A stretch of DNA of 64,000 nt from Malacoraja senta (GCA_038087875.1 CM075990.1:7628001-7692000), one strand, 5' to 3'; shown: positions 13,009 through 27,100, counted from the stretch's first letter. The notes: a model not told the origin generated them from the sequence alone. A program made the numbers and translations.

Positions 13009-13766
13009 CAACATATAATCCTCCGACATTTTCACCACCTCCAGCGGGATCCTACCACAGGCCACATCTTCCCATCTCCTCCCCTTTCTGCTTTCCACAG
13101 AGACCGCTCCCTCCGTAACTCCCTGGTCAATTTGTCCCTTCCCACCCAAATCACCCCTTCTCCTGGCACTTTCCCTTGCAACCGCAGGAAATGCTACACG
13201 TGTCGCTTTACCTCCCCCCTTCACTCCTTCCAAGGACCCAAGCAGTCTTTCCAGGTGAGGCAGAGGTTCACCTGCACCTCCTCCAACCTCATCTACTGCA
13301 TCCGCTATTCCAGGTGTCAACTTCTCTACATCGGCGAGACCAAGCGCAGGCTTGGCGATCTCTTCACCCAACACCTCCGCTCAGTTTGTGCTAACCAACC
13401 TGATCTCCCGGTGGCTCAGCACTTCAACTCCCCCTCCCATTCCTAATCTGACGCCTCTGTCCTGGGCCTCCTCCATTGCCAGAGGCCCACTGCAAATTGG
13501 AGGAACAGCACCTCATATTTCGTGAAGGTAGTTTACACCCCAGCGGTACGAACATTGACTTCTCTAATTTTAAAGAGCCCTTGCTTCTCCATCTTTCCCC
13601 TCCCCTTCCCAGCTCCCCATAAAGCCTATTGTCTCCACCTCTTCCTTTCTTTTTCCTGCCCCCCCCCCCGACAACAGAAGGGTCTCAACCCAAAACATCG
13701 CCTATTCCTTCTCTCCATAGATGCTGCCTCACCCGCTGAGTTTCTCCAGCATTTTATGTCTACCTT
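13009..13766 (+). mobile_element. 5'-truncated Penelope-like element: GIY-YIG endonuclease remnant plus 3' pseudo-LTR
   Basis: ORF 12979-13446 contains CNRRKCYTC...FTCTSSNLIYCIRYSRCQLLYIGETKRRLGDLFTQHLRSV...PVAQHFNSPSHS, a PLE GIY-YIG domain with upstream Cys motif. 13-bp TSD caaagttcgatca (12996-13008) and caaagtccgatca (13767-13779). Confidence 0.88.
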
Positions 13767-14489
13767 CAAAGTCCGATCAAAGATAGTCCAAGGGTCACCA
13801 ATGAGGTAGATGGGACCACTCAAGAGTAAATTTATGTTTGGAGTCAGAGAATGTATGTGAGGTACGGAACAAGTACTTTGGAGCAGTCTTCACCAAGGAG
13901 AAGGACATGGGGGACAGTGAGATCAGTGTCAGGTATATAAATACTCAGGGATTTGTGAGATCAAGAAGGACGTGCATCTGTTGAAGTGCATTAAGGTCTA
14001 TAAGTTCACAGGACCTGATGGGATGTCTTTCCGCTGACCTGATAGCATGCGACAAAAGCATTTCACTGTACCTCGGTACACGTGACAACAAACAAAACTG
14101 AACTAATCTGACCTCTCTCTCTAGTTACCTTCTTAATGTAAAAGACAATAGACAATAGGTGCAGGAGTAGGCCATTCGGCCATTCGGCCATTCAATGTGA
14201 TCATCCCCAATCAGTACCCCGTTCCTGCCTTCTTCCCATATCCCCTGACTCCGCTATCTTTAAGAGCCCTATCTAGCTCTCTCTTGAAATCCCTGATGGG
14301 ATCTATTCCAGGTTATTGAGAGAGGCAAGAGAAGATATTGTCTGAAGAAGGGTTTCGGCCCGAAACGTTGCCTGATTCCTTCGCTCCATAGATGCTGCTG
14401 CACCCGCTGAGTTTCTCCAGCATTTTTGTGTACCTTCGATTTTCCAGCATCTGCAGTTCCTTCTTTAACAGAAGATATTGTTTGGTCTG

Positions 14490-15425
14490 TGATGAAGATC
14501 CCAGTATGCTCTCTAGCCACAGGCAAGATGCCAGTGAACTGGAGAGTAGCCAATGTTGTCCCTTTGTTTAAGAAGGAAAATCAGGCTAATCCAGGAAATT
14601 ATAGACCAGTAGTTCTCACATCAATGGTCGGAAAGCTATTGGAGAGGATTCTTCAGGAAAGGATTTGCTCCCATTTGGAAGAGAATAGACTAATTAGAAA
14701 TAGTGTTTGGAGTTACAAACTTGATTGAATTTTTTGGGGAGGTGACAAAGTTGATTGATGAGGGTGGAACAGTGAATGTTGTCGACATGGAGTTTGGTGG
14801 GCATTTAACAAGATTATTCGTAACAAGAGGAGTTGAGTATAGGAGCAAAGAGGTCCTTCTGCAGTTGTACAAGCCCCAAGTGGGACCACACCTGTAGTAT
14901 TGTGTGCAGTTTTGGTCCCCTAATTTGAGGAAGGGCATTCTTGCTATTGAGGGAGTGCAGCGTAGGTTAATTCCCGGGATGGCGGGACTGTCATATGCTG
15001 AGAGAATGGAGCGGTTAGGCTTGTATACTCTGGAATTTAGAAGGATGAGAGGGGATCTTATTGAAACATATAAGATTATTAAGGGTTTGGTAACATGTTT
15101 CCAATGTTGGGGGAGTCCAGAACCAGGGGCCACAGTTTAAGAATAAGGGGTAAGGCATTTGGAGCGGAGATGAGGAAACACTTTTTCACACAGAGAGTTG
15201 TGAGTCTATGGAATTGTCTGCCTCAGAGGGCGGTGGAGGACGGTTCTCTGGATACTTTCAAGTGAGAGTCAGATAGGGCTCTTAAAGATAGCGAAGTCAG
15301 GGGATATGGGGAGAAGGCAGGAATGGGGTACTGATTGTGGATGATCAGCCATGATCACATTGAATGGCGGTGCTGGCTCGAAGGGCCGAATGGCCTACTC
15401 CTGCACCTATTGTCTATTGTCTACT
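14490..15425 (+). mobile_element. Nested or degraded CR1 fragments
   Basis: WRVANVVPLFKK...NYRPV and FWSPNLRK...LEFRRMRGDLIE motifs; (TATTGTC)n tail at about 15408-15425. Confidence 0.85.
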
Positions 15426-18400
15426 GTTTATTGTCTATTAAGATGCATGGGATTCTCAGTGAATTGGTAGTTTGGATTCAGAAATGGTTTACTAATAGAT
15501 GTCCGTGACCAGTTGTGTTCTGCAGGGATCAGTGGTGGAACCTCTGTTATTTGTGATATCTGACTTGAACATAAATGTGGATGCCTTGGTTAATAGGTTT
15601 GTAGACAACACATAAATTGGTGGAGTTACAACAGTGAAAGTAACGATCTATATCTTTCTACATCCTTTGACAGCCCCTGGATTAGATGGTATTAGCTGCT
15701 ATAAGGTTGCACTGTTTTCTCTGCAGCTTCAGAATCTAGGGGGAGGCCTGATATGCCTCTCATCATTTATAAAATAAGGTCGGGTAGTTTGTCAGAATCT
15801 TTTTTTCCCAGGGTTTAAAATGTCAAAGACTTTAAGAAACATTTATACAGGGACATGAACAGAATAGGATTAGAGGGATATGAGCCAAACACAGCCAAGT
15901 GGGACTAATGTAGATGGGACATGTTGGTCGGTGTGGGCAAGTTGGGCCGAAGGGCCTATTTCCACGCTGTATCACTATGACTGGAGGTCGTAGCTTTAAG
16001 GTAAAAATGGGGGAATTTAAAGGAGAACATTTTTTTACAGTGAGCGTTAGGTGCCAGCGGTGGTTGTGGAAGCAGGTACGATAATGATGTTGAAAAGGCT
16101 TTTAGATAGTCACATAAGTATGCTGCAAATGGAGGGATATGGATCCCGTGACGGCAGGAGGGATTAATTGACCATGTTCAGAACGGGCATCCTTGGCCAA
16201 AGGGCTGTACTGTTCTATAGTCTATGTTCCATGAAATAATGCCATATGTCAGATGGACAACTATCAAAACTAGGACAGAGTAAACCGATGGAGCAACTCC
16301 AGGGTCTATGATGGGAACGTTTATGAAAGCTTTATTCAGATGTAATGAAAAAATCATCTGGAGAGCAGCAGTAAGCAGATAGTCCAAAAGGAAACGTCAA
16401 GCTTCATCAGCAGTGAATATCTGAAGGGGCCACAGAAAGAAAAGAGATGGGTAATAGACATGAATTTTCAAAAACCTGTGATGTTATTACAGTTGACCTG
16501 ACGGAGGTCAGAAATTGTGAATTCAGCAGACATGGTCTGAATGAAAAGCAAAGCTGGGCCAAAATATTAAAACACAGAGTGGAGATTAAAACACTCCAAA
16601 GACATACAGGTTTGCAGGTTAATTGGCTTGTTAAAATTGTAAATTGTCCCTAGTGTGTGCAGGTTTGTGTTAGTGTGCGGGGATCGCTGTTCGGCACGGA
16701 CTTGGTGGGCAGAATGGCCTGTTTCCGTACTGTATCTCTAAATTAAACTAAACTAAAGGGAGATTATAGTTACCAGAATTGACAGAAAGTCATATGCAGC
16801 ATTCCAATTGCACGTGGTTCTGGTGGGCTCAGGCCAGGATGGTCTTTCTTTGAACAACAGATCTTGGAAATCAGGAACCCATTGGAAACATAAGGCATGG
16901 TATAAATGTATACATTGTCCCGAGTGTAGTTTAATTTAGTTTAGAGATACAGCGCAGAAACAGGCCCTTTCGGCCCACCGGGTCCGCGCCGACCAGCGAT
17001 CCCCGCACATTAACACTATCCTATACCCACTAGGGACAATTGTTTTTTTACATTTACCAAGTCAATTAACTTACATACCTGAACGTCTTTGGAGTGTGGG
17101 AGGAAACCGAAGATCTCGGAGAAAACCCACACAGGTCACGGGCAGAACGTACAAACTCCGTACAGACAGCACCCGTAGTCAGGATCGAACCCGGGTCTCC
17201 GGCACTGCATTCGCTGTAAGGCAGCAACTCTACCGCTGCCTTACAGCGATCCATAGTGTCAATGTGCGGGGATCGCTGGTCGGTGCGGACTCAGTGGGCC
17301 AAAGGGCCTGATTCCATGCTGTATCTCTAAACTACACTAAATAAGGGATCTAGTGGAATTCTGAAATGGAGGTTCTAAGATTTCTCAAGGGAAAGGGCAC
17401 AACAGCTGATAAAGGTCAATAAAGTTAAGGTGAGAGGGTCAAGATTTAATAGGAACCTGAGGGGCAACTTTTTACGCAAAGAGTGATAGGTATACAGAAG
17501 GAGCTGCAGGAGTTCAAGCAGGTACTATCACAAAGTTTAATAAACATTTGGACATGTGCAGGGGTAGGATATGTTTAGAAAGATATGGGCCAAACGCAGG
17601 CAGATGGGACTAGTGTAGATGGGACATGTTGGTCGCCATGGGCAAGTTGGCCTGTTTCCGTGCTGTATGACTCCATGACTTTATGAAAGTTAAGATTTAG
17701 ATCAGCCCTGATTGAGTTAGATGACAGGACAGGCTCAAGTGGCTGAATAAGGTCATGAGGAATAGGAGTAGAATTAAGCCATTCGGCCCATCACGTCTAC
17801 TCCGTGTTCAATCATGGCTGATCTATCTCTCCCTCCTAACCCCATTCTCCTGCCTCCTCCCCATAACCTCTGACACCCGTACTAATCAAGAATCTATCTA
17901 CCTCTGCCTTAAAAATATCGATTGACTTGGCCTCCACAGCCTTCTGTGACAAAGAATTCCACAGATTCACCACTCTCTGACTGAAGAAATTTCTCCTCGT
18001 CTCCTTCCTGAAAGAACGTCTTTTAAATCTGAATGCACTCCTTCTGTTCCTGTGTCCCTTCGCCTCTGGGCTGATGCTGCAGAAGATGCACAGACTGGCC
18101 AAGACATCGTCGATCGTGCAAGTGATTCAAAACATCTGTTCTGGGAAGGAGAGTGTGTATTTTTAGCAAAGCCTTGACCATTACTGTCTGAGGTTAGAGC
18201 CTTGGTGCCTTATTGCAGGTGCTGAATGTTGACTCTTCCACCTTGCTCCAAGGCTTGAGTTCCCACTTGATGATCCTTAGCTCGCCCAGAAGCAATTCTT
18301 TCTTGAAATTCCCACCTCCTGTCTGAATTGCTGACTGTCTGTCGCATAGAGCTAATTGACTTGGGTCGACCCCAGCTTGTCAGGGACTGAATGCCCAATG

Positions 18401-18546
18401 CTTAGAATCAAGCATGATAATTGCCAGTCGAGTTTAAGGAATGGAGCAGGTGAAATCGGACAAAGACCACCGTTTGGAATGAGCAGGTCAGAGATCAAAT
18501 GTCAGGGATCGAGATGTGGGCTGAGAAGTCTAATACGAGGGACTTA

Positions 18547-18762
18547 AGGGCCTGCCCCACTTTCACGACTTAATCACGACCTTTTTTACTCGTGGACATT
18601 TTTCATCAGGCTAGAAAAAACGCCCCGACCTACTTAATGCCACAAGTACCTACGACTAGCATCACGATCTACCTACGACCTCCTACGACCATGCTGCGAG
18701 TATGAGTCAAGGGCAAACTCGACAGAGCTCGTGAATTAGGTTGTGAAAGTGGGACAGGCCCT
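18547..18762. mobile_element. Harbinger-like MITE, subfamily B
   Basis: Same TIRs, opposite orientation to 7316-7562; tta/taa flanks. Confidence 0.8.
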
Positions 18763-19716
18763 TAATTACACTGACACTTACTGGTTTGAGTTTAGTACCA
18801 AATCTGAAAGATACCACAGCTCACTCTGCTAAAATCTGCATATGGCTCTAATGATAAAACATGCTCTTCTTCAAATGTAATCCCTTCAACACCAGCCGGC
18901 CATGCCCTCAGTTGCCAGGTCTCAAACCTTTGGCATCCACCGACCTTCCCTCTCTGCCCCTTTAATCCCCCTCCACGTATAAATAAAACGTAGACCATAG
19001 AAAATAGGTGCAGGAGGAGGCCATTCGGCCCTTCGAGCAAGCACCGCCATTCATTGTGATCATGGCTGATTGTCCCCTATCAATAACCCGTGCCTGCCTT
19101 CTCCACATATCCCTTGTACCTCCATCATTTCACTCAACTCCATTTTCTGACTACCAGTGTCCCCCCCCTCCTTGACTCTCAGTCCGATGAAGGGTCTCGA
19201 CCCGAAACGTCACCTATTCCTTTTCATCAGAGATGCTGCCTGACCCGCTGAGTTACTCCAGCATGTGGTGTCCATTTTCTGACTTCCACCAAAGAAGGTT
19301 CCATTCTAACATGGCATCTCAGTGCGTGGTGCTCTAGTAATGGTTAAACCCACCGTCAATATAATGGCTGTGCAACATCCATAAAAATAACAATCCATAG
19401 ATTAGCTGACCACTGCCTTGTCTCTGGAGAAGGCTAAAAATGGCTTTGCATTTCATCATCTTTGCTCTGAATATTTTCCTGCCTATTTGTTAACAGACAA
19501 AAATAATGTTTCAAATGGTTAAGTGATAAAATGATACAGAGTTCAGTTTGAAAATATCCTTTAATTGAATCAGACGGAGGGTTTTAGTTGAACTTTTCAT
19601 TCAGCAGCTTAATTACCAGATCTTATTCCACACAGTAATGAATGCAGCAAATAAATCCCGCCTTGGTTATTTTTTAAATGAATAAGATTCGCTCCCAACA
19701 GTGGAATGAATTTTAT

Positions 19717-19830
<114 letters not shown>

Positions 19831-19834
<4 letters not shown>

Positions 19835-19842
19835 CTATTAAA

Positions 19843-19882
<40 letters not shown>

Positions 19883-20796
19883 TGGGTGTTTGTGGGTGTC
19901 AGATTTGGCCTTTGATTCCTTGCTCCGCCAAAACCACACGCGAAAACTCCGAGTTTTTTCCATTTTGCTAGACATTACACTTTTACATACCCTAACACAC
20001 TCCTTATTAGATTTACACATTTTTATGTACACATTGTAGCGGCACCAAACGTGGTGAATAAAGAGGAGACCTGTCAGGCCGGTTCAAACAGTTGTTTATT
20101 TAAGGGTCGACACGTTAGGTTGGTGCGCTAACTATTATTAATGTTGTTGCTGAAGCTGAGCGAGGTTGTTCCCTCGGGCTCAGCTACCGGTTGAACACCT
20201 GGTGGTCTCGAGGTGAGATGACCTTAAGTACCAGGACACTCCCTCTAGCCCATGACGTCACGTGCCCGCCCTCGTACTTCCTGACGAGGGTTCGAGCATA
20301 AGTGGCCCGTGTATAGGCTGCCGCCACAACATTATTTAATAAAATCCACCCCCCCACTCACTCATTTTGTCGACTCCTGCTGGACAGCCACCATAACGGC
20401 TGCTGCCGCCCGGCTCTGCTCCAAAAACACCTACATTTTTATTCTTTCGCTGGCAATTTTCACAGCTGCCGCCCGGCTATCCTCCACGACCCCCCCCCCC
20501 CCAGGCCGGCTCTCTCACGCTGGCTCAAGCGCCCGGCTCTCCTCCAAAAACGATGACATTTTTCTTCATTCGCTGGCGATTTTCTCTGCTGCCACCCGGC
20601 TCTCCTCCACTACCCCCCACCCCCCCTCGGGCCGGCTCTCTCACGCTGGCTCAAGCCAAACATCGGCTCTTCCCCCTCTGCTTTTCGCCATCCTCTGTGT
20701 CTACGCCGTCAAGACGCTGAAGCACGTTCGGGAACCAGACCCCGGGGTCTGAAGCATGTTCGGGGTCCAGACCCAACGGGTCTGCACTTGGTCTAG
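19831..20796 (+). mobile_element. Non-autonomous Helitron, copy 1
   Basis: Starts a|TC (tctactattaaaactc). Ends with hairpin cagaccc-aac-gggtctg (20768-20784) followed by cacttggtCTAG|T. No TSD. The 5' boundary is uncertain because it abuts a (TCTA)n tract. Confidence 0.75.
20035..20328 (-). mobile_element. Solo LTR (probably Gypsy-type), 294 bp
   Basis: TG...CA termini with short inverted repeat tgtagcggca/tgccgccaca; 4-bp TSD acat (20031-20034 and 20329-20332). The empty site atgtacacattttt is visible in Helitron copy 2 near 21040. Orientation inferred from minus-strand tacttaag and aataaa. Confidence 0.85.
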
Positions 20797-20808
20797 TATA
20801 CTTTTAAA

Positions 20809-20901
<93 letters not shown>

Positions 20902-21120
20902 ATTTGTGGGTGTCAGATTTAGCCTTTGATTCCTTGGTCCGCCAAAACCACATGCGAAAATTCTGAGATTTTTTCCATTTCGCTAGACATTACACTTTTA
21001 CATACCCTAACACACTCCTTATTAGATTTAGACATTTTTATGTACACATTTTTAAATAAAATCCATCCCCCCCCCCCCCCACTCACTCATTTTGTCGCCT
21101 CCTGCTGGCACTTGGTCTAG
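20797..21120 (+). mobile_element. Non-autonomous Helitron, head-to-tail internally deleted copy 2
   Basis: Begins immediately after the CTAG of copy 1 (tatacttttaaaactc), repeats 19831-20034 plus 20333-20382, then jumps to cacttggtCTAG|T. Confidence 0.75.
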
Positions 21121-21467
21121 TATCATCTTAAACGGAAGTTTGCAGGGGACTATGCGGAGAGAGTACTTTGTAAAATGCATCATTTATAAAGCTAAATCCT
21201 GTGCAATCAGGCCGCTAGACATTTCCCCCTCATTCGGCATGAGCTGGCGGAGACATTTGGAAGTGTAAGAGCACAAGAAATTCTTGATTAGTACGGGTGT
21301 CAGGGGTTATGGGGAGAAGGCAGGAGAGTGGGGTTGAGAGGGAAAGACAGATCAGACACAAAATGCTTGCATTTATTTCAAGAGGGCCAGAATACAAAAC
21401 CAGGGATGTAACACTGAGGCTCTATAAGGCGCTGGTCAAGCCACATTTGGAGAACTGCGAGCAATTT

Positions 21468-23644
21468 GAAGGGGACCCAAAATGTAGGGGAGAAAGAAGA
21501 AAAAGATAATAAACAGAGAATAAGTGGTGGTGGGTTTCTTAAATGTGTATATTTTAATGCTAGGAGCATTGTAAGAAAGGTGGATGAGCTTAGAGCCTGG
21601 ATTGACACCTGGAAGTATGATGTTGTGGCGATCAGTGAAACATGGTTGCAGGAGGGCTGTGATTGGCAAATAAATATTCCAGGATTTCGTTGCTTCAGGG
21701 GTGATAGAATTGGAGGGGCAAGAGGTGGGGTTGTTGCATTGCTTGTCAAGGAAGATATTACAGCAGTGCTTTGGCAGGATAGATTAGAGGGCTCGTCTAG
21801 GGAGGCTATTTGGGTGGAACTGAGAAATGGGAAAGGTGTAGCAACACTTATAGGGGTGTATTATAGACCGCCAAATGGGGAGCGAGAATTGGAAGAGCAA
21901 ATATGTAAGGAGATAGCAGATATTAGTAGTAAGCACAAGGTAGTGATTGTGGGAGATTTCAATTTTCCACACATAGACTGGGAAACATTCTGTAAAAGGG
22001 CTGGATGGTTGGGAGTTTGTAAAATGTGTGCAAGATAGTTTTTTGCAGCAATACATAGAGGTACCTACTAGAGAAGGGGCAGTGCTGGACCTCCTGTTAG
22101 GAAATGAGACAGGGCAGGTGACGGAGGTATGCGTCGGGGAGCACTTCGGGTCCAGTGATCACAATACCATTAGTTTCAATATAATTATGGAGAGGGTCAG
22201 AACTGGACCTAGGGTTGAGATTTTTGTTTGGAGAAAGGCTAACTTTGAGGAGATGCAAAAGGATTTAAAAGGAGTGAATTGGGACATGTTGTTTTATGGG
22301 AAGGATGTAGAAGAAAAATGGAGGACATTTAAGGGTGAAATTTTAAGAGTACAGAATCTTTATGTCCCTGTTCGGTTGAAAGGAAATAGTAAAAAATGGA
22401 AAGAGCCATGGTTTTCAAGGGAAATTGGACACGGTGCGGAAAAAGAGAGAGATCTACAATAATTATAGGCAGCATGGAGGAAATGAGGTGCTTGAGGAGT
22501 ATAAAGAATGTAAAAAGAATATTAAGAAAGAAATTAGAAAAGCTAAAAGAAGATATGAGGTTGCTTTGGCAAGTAAGGTGAAAGTAAATCAAAGGGTTTC
22601 TACAGCTATATTAATAGCAAAAGGATAATAAGGAATAAAATTGGTCCATTAGAGAGTCAGAGTGGACAGCTATCTGCAGAGCCAAAAGAGATGGGGAAGA
22701 TATTGAACAATTTCTTTTCTTCGGTATTTACGAAGGAGAAGGATATGGAATTATGTGAGGTGAGGGAAACAAGCAGAGTAGCAATGGAAACTGTGAGATT
22801 CAAAGAAGAGGAGGTGCGGACACTTTTGAAAAATATGAAAAGGGATAAGTCTCCAGGTCCTGACAGGATATTCCCTAGGACATTGAGGGAAGTTAGTGTA
22901 GAAATAGCAGGGGCTATGACAGAAATATTTCAAATGTCATTAGAAACGGGAATAGTGCCGGAGGATTGGCGTACTGCGCATGTTGTTCCGTTGTTTAAAT
23001 AGGGTTCGAAGAGTAAACCTAGCAATTATAGACCTGTTAGTTTGACGTCAATGGTGGGCAAATTAATGGAAAGGATACTTAAAGAGAATATATATAAGCA
23101 TCTGGATAAGCAGGGTCTGATTAGGAACAGTCAACATGGATTTGTGCCTGGAAGGTCATGCTTGACTAATCTTCTTGAATTTTTCGAAGAGGTTACTAGG
23201 GAAATTGATGAGGGTAAAGCAGTGGATGTTGTCTATATGGACTTCAGTAAGGCCTTTGACAAGGTTCCTCATGGAAGGTTGGTTAAGAAGATTCAATTGT
23301 TGGGTATTAATGGTGGAGTAGCAAGATGGATTCAACAGTGGCTGAATGGGAGATGCCAGAGAGTAATGGTGGATGGCTGTTTGTCAGGTTGGAGGCCGGT
23401 GACTAGTGGGGTGCCTCAGGGGTCTGTGTTGGGTCCACTGTTGTTTGTCATGTACATCAATGATCTGGATGATGGTGTGGAAAATTGGATTAGTAAGTAT
23501 GCAGATGGTCTGAGTGCAGGTAGATGGGACTAGGGGGAAGTATTTATTTTTAATTTAAAAAAAATTTAAAAAAATGTTCGGCACGGACTTGAAGGGCCGA
23601 GATGGCCTGTTTCCGTGCTGTTATGGTTATATGGTTATATGGTT
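21468..23644 (+). mobile_element. CR1-clade LINE (HER1-like): 5'-truncated ORF2 (APE endonuclease and part of RT) with an 807-bp internal deletion
   Basis: Motifs [60 protein letters not shown]. (TGGTTATA)n tail. TSD aattt (21463-21467 and 23645-23649) splits an older CR1 at LENCEQF|GAPYMRKDVL. Confidence 0.95.
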
Positions 23645-24163
23645 AATTTTGGGGCACCATATATGAGGAAGGATGTGCTGGCTCTGGGGAGTGTCCAGAG
23701 GAGGTTTACAAGAACGAACCCAGGAATGAGTGGGTTAACATATGATGAGCATTTGACGGCACTGGGCCTGTTCCCGCTGGAGTTCAGAAGGATGAGGAGG
23801 GACTTCATTGAAACTTATCGAATAGTGAAAGGCTTGGATAGAGTGGATATGGAGAGGATGATTCCACTTATGGGAGAGTCTAGGACTAGAGGTCATAGCC
23901 TCAGAATTAAAGGACGTTCCTTTAAGAAGGAGATGAGGAGGAGTTTCTTTAGTCAGGGGGTGGTGAATATGTGGAATTTTTTGCCACAGAAGGCTATGGA
24001 GGCCGTCAATAGATATTTTGAAGGCAGAGATAGATAGATTCTTGATTAGTACGGCACATGATGGGACACAGGTCCTTCAGCCCACCGTGTCCACGCTGAC
24101 CAACGGTCACCCACACACTAATCCTGTCCTACACACCAGGGAAATTTTTCAGATGCCAATTAA

Positions 24164-27100
24164 CCATATAACCATATAACCATTACAGCATGGAAACAGG
24201 CCATCTCGGCCCTTCAAGTCCGTGCCGAACATTTAAAAAAAAAATTTTTTTTTTCTCTTTCCCCTTCTTTCTTCTTACTTCCCCCTAGTCCCATCTACCT
24301 GCACTCAGACCATAATCCTCCATTCCTTTCCCGTCCATATACCCATCCAATCTATTTTTAAAGGATAAAGTCGAACCTGCCTCCACCACTTCCACTAGAA
24401 GCTCATTCCACACAGCTACCACTCTCTGAGTAAAGAAGTTCTCCCTAATGTTACCCCTAAACTTCTGTCCCTTAATTCTCAAGTCATGTCCCTTTGTTTG
24501 AACCTTCCCTACTCTCAATGGGAAAAGCTTATCCACGTCAACTCTGTCTAACCCGCTCATCATTTTAAAGACCTCTATCAAATCCCCCCTTAACCTTCTG
24601 CGCTCCAAAGAATAAAGACCTAACTTGTTCAACCTTTCTCTGTAACTTAGTTGCTGAAACCCAGGCAACATTCTAGTAAATCTCTTCTGTACTCTCTCTA
24701 TTTTGTTGACATCCTTCCTATAATTAGGCGACTAAAATTGTACTCCATACTCCAGAATTGGCCTCACCAATGCCTTGTACAATTTTAACATTACATCCCA
24801 ACTTCTATATTCAATGCTCTGATTTATAAAGGCCAGCACACCAAAAGCTTTCTTTACTACCCTATCTACATGAGTTTCCACCTTCAGGGAACTATGCACA
24901 GTTATTCCTAGATCCCTCTGTTCAACTGCATTCCTCAATTCGCTACCATTTACCATGTACGTCCTATTTTGATTTGTCCTGCCGAGATGTAGCACCTCAC
25001 ATTTATCAGCATTAAACTCCATCTGCCATATTTCAGCCCACTCTTCCAAATGGCCTAAATCTCTCGGTAGAATTTGAAAATCTACTTCATTATCCACAAC
25101 ACCACCTATCTTAGTATCATCTGCATACTTACTAATCCAATTTTCCACACCATCATCCAGATCATTGATGTACATGACAAACAACAGTGGACCCAACACA
25201 GACCCCTGAGGCACCCGACCAGTCACCGGCCTCCAACCTGACAAACAGCCATCCACCATTACTCTCTGGCATCTCCCATTCAGCCACTGTTGAATCCATC
25301 TTGCTACTCCACCATTAATACCCAACAATTGAATCTTCTTAACCAACCTTCGATGAGGAACCTTGTCAATTACCTTACTGAAGTCCATATAGACAACATG
25401 CACTGCTTTACCCTCATCAATTTCCCTAGTTGCCTCTTTGAAAAATTCAAGAAGATTAGTCAAGCATGACCTTCCAGGCACAAATCCATGTTGACTGTTC
25501 CGAATCAGACCCTGCTTATCCAGATGCTTATATATATTATCTTTAAGTATCCTTTCCATTAATTTGCCCACCACTGACGTCAAACTAACAGGTCTATAAT
25601 TGCTAGGTTTACTCTTCGAACCCTATTTAAACAACGGAACAACATGCGCAGTACGCCAATCCTCCGGCACTATTCCCGTTTCTAATGACATTTGAAATAT
25701 TTCTGTCATAGCCCCTGCTATTTCTACACTAACTTCCCTCAATGTCCTAGGGAATATCCTGTCAGGACCTGGAGACTTATCCGTTTTCATATTTTTCAAA
25801 AGTGTCCACACCTCCTCTTCTTTGAATCTCATAGTTTCCATTGCTACTCTGCTTGTTTCCCTTACCTCACATAATTCCATATCCTTCTCCTTCGTAAATA
25901 CCGAAGAAAAGAAATTGTTCAATATCTCCCCCATCTCTTTTGGCTCTGCAGATAGCTGTCCACTCTGACTCTCTAATGGACCAATTTTATTCTTTGTTAT
26001 CCTTTTGCTATTAATATAGCTGTAGAAACCCTTTGGATTTACTTTCACCTTACTTGCCAAAGCAACCTCATATCTTCTTTTAGCTTTTCTAATTTCTTTC
26101 TTAATATTCTTTTTACATTCTTTAACTCCTCAAGCACCTCATTTACTCCATGCTGCCTATAATTATTGTAGATCTCTCTCTTTTTCCGAACCGTGTCCAA
26201 TTTCCCTTGAAAACCATGGCTCTTTCCAATTTTTACTATTTCCTTTCAACCGAACAGGGACATAAAGATTCTGTACTCTTAAAATTTCACCTTTAAATGT
26301 CCTCCATTTCTCTTCTACATCCTTCCCATAAAACAACATGTCCCAATTCATTCCTTTTAAATGCTTTCGCATCTCCTCAAAGTTAGCCTTTCTCCAATCA
26401 AAAATCTCAATCCTAGGTCCAGTTCTGACCCTCTCCATAATTATATTGAAACTAATGGTATTGTGATCACTGGACCCGAAGTGCTCCCCAACGCATACCT
26501 CCGCCACCTGCCCTGTCTCATTTCCTAACAGGAGGTCCAGCACTGCCCCTTCTCTAGTAGCTACCTCTATGTATTGCTGCAAAAAACTATCCTGCACACA
26601 TTTTACAAACTCCAAACCATCCAGCCCTTTTACAGAATGTGTTTCCCAGTCTATGTGTGGAAAATTGAAATCTCCTACAATCACTACCTTGTGCTTACTA
26701 CTAATATCTGCTATCTCCTTACATATTTGCTCTTCCAATTCTCGCTCCCCATTTGGCGGTCTATAATACACCCCTATAAGTGTTGTTACACCTTTCCCAT
26801 TTCTCAGTTCCACCCAAATAGCCTCCCTAGACAAGCCCTCTAATCTATCCTGCCAAAGCACTGCTGTAATATCTTCATTGACAAGCAATGCAACACCCCC
26901 ACCTCTTGCCCCTCCAATTCTATCACCCCATAAGCAACGAAATCCTGGAATATTTAGTTTCCAATCACAGCCCTCCTGCAACCATGTTTCACTGATCGCC
27001 ACAACATCATACTTCCAGTTGTCAATCCAGGCTCTAAGCTCATCCACCTTTCTTACAATGCTCCTAGCATTAAAATATACACATTTAAGAAACCCACCAC

